Source of the DNA: Escherichia coli
GTDB taxonomy: Bacteria; Pseudomonadota; Gammaproteobacteria; Enterobacterales; Enterobacteriaceae
Strand: one strand, 5' to 3'
DNA length: 458 nt
Assembly (NCBI RefSeq): GCF_003334255.1
Contig: NZ_QOWU01000235.1
Shown here: piece after piece, positions 1 through 458 of the stretch
How positions within the stretch are numbered: the first letter of the stretch is position 1
Layout: the number at the start of each line of letters is the position of its first letter
Program-made: the position numbers and the translations under genes
Notes under the pieces: generated by a model
What the model was told of the DNA's origin: nothing
The model's input: only the letters and a program-made list of their open reading frames with translations
The model's database searches: none

Positions 1-458
1 CTTCCCAGCTGGCTGTCAGGTTTTGGTGTACCAAACGGCATGTTCTCCTGGTAAATCTGCGCCCCCATGAAGTTTTCATTCATGGCAAGGTTCGCAAACG
101 GACGCAGAATGGTCGGTGCTGCGTTTTTCAGCAATGCCCCCGACAACGTTTCCGACGTCTCGCTGCCGATCGGGCTGAATGCCCCCAGGATACCGCCGAC
201 AACATTACCGGCAGCACGTGAAGCAGTCAGGTCGCCCGCTGCCACACCTTCAGCTGTATGACCAAGCAGGAAGAACACGTTGTACCCGTAAGGCAGAGGA
301 ATACTCCAGTACTCACCGGCCTTGCCCCCGAACATCGATTTCATGATGACGAGGTTACGCTCTTTCACATGAGACGGTACTTTGTCGTACCAGTTAACCC
401 CGTCATCATCCTCACCCGCCACACTGCGGTTAAGCGAGCCAAGCAGATAACCCGCTCC
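1..458 (-). CDS. Partial CDS (internal fragment, both ends outside the window) encoding a Gly/Ala-rich hypothetical protein; family not assignable from sequence alone
   Basis: Seen in sequence: reverse-complement frame starting at nt 458 is open for 152 codons (nt 458..3, with 2 nt of the next codon at 2..1). Translation: GAGYLLGSLNRSVAGEDDDGVNWYDKVPSHVKERNLVIMKSMFGGKAGEYWSIPLPYGYNVFFLLGHTAEGVAAGDLTASRAAGNVVGGILGAFSPIGSETSETLSGALLKNAAPTILRPFANLAMNENFMGAQIYQENMPFGTPKPDSQLG. The other two minus frames reach stops quickly (TGA and TAA within roughly 30 codons of the window's 3' end). A 152-codon stop-free run at about 55% GC is unlikely by chance (roughly (61/64)^152, under 0.1%). Codon usage is enterobacterial-like: CTG is 8 of 15 Leu codons, with CCG, AAC, TAC, TTC and GGT/GGC preferred. 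No start or stop codon lies in the window, so gene boundaries and full length are unknown. Confidence 0.85.

Noticed and set aside
102-129. Terminator-like hairpin on the plus strand: stem acgcag (102-107) pairing with ctgcgt (119-124), followed by a T-run (124-128)
   Set aside because: The stem is only 6 bp with an 11-nt loop, so it is weak. It sits inside the coding region on the antisense strand, and the T-run is simply the complement of the Lys-Asn codons AAA-AAC. Most likely coincidental.
121-130. Possible slippery sequence on the minus strand (G AAA AAC, the complement of gcgtttttca)
   Set aside because: It is not a canonical X_XXY_YYZ heptamer because the first base is G, not A. No downstream pseudoknot or stem is evident, and the alternative frames hit stops quickly.
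67-261. Plus-strand ORF of 64 aa from the supplied track (MKFSFMARFANGRRMVGAAF...)
   Set aside because: It lies wholly inside, and antisense to, the window-spanning minus-strand frame. There is no Shine-Dalgarno-like purine-rich sequence upstream of the ATG at 67 (upstream is ctgcgccccc). Its Arg/Pro/Ala-rich composition is typical of shadow frames opposite a GC-rich gene. Most likely not a real gene.
57-335. Recurring GCCCCC motif on the plus strand (around 61-66, 135-140, 181-186, 323-328)
   Set aside because: These are the complements of GGG-GGC / GGG-GCA codon pairs encoding Gly-Gly or Gly-Ala in the minus-strand protein. They reflect amino-acid composition, not a repeat element.
6-398. 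Several 6-bp palindromes (cagctg twice, gacgtc, cgatcg, cacgtg, agtact, atcgat, tcatga, gttaac)
   Set aside because: About nine were found against roughly seven expected by chance in 458 bp (palindromic hexamers are 1 in 64). They are not clustered or arranged as operator-like repeats, so there is no evidence for a regulatory site or restriction-modification signature.

Overview
The window is almost certainly an internal fragment of a single protein-coding gene on the minus strand. One reverse-strand frame (codons starting at position 458 and running down to position 3) is open for all 152 codons; the other two minus frames hit stops within about 30 codons. The supplied plus-strand ORF (67..261) lies antisense to this frame and is most likely a shadow ORF. 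The encoded fragment is Gly/Ala/Ser-rich with an aromatic-rich N-proximal part and a small-residue hydrophobic segment carrying tandem GxxxG motifs. I cannot assign a protein family by eye, so the product is left as hypothetical. GC content is about 55% by hand count and codon usage looks enterobacterial. No RNA gene, CRISPR array, mobile-element end, or convincing promoter or terminator is visible. Nothing in 458 bp supports a claim of a novel system; the key follow-up is to recover the flanking sequence and run homology searches on the full-length protein.
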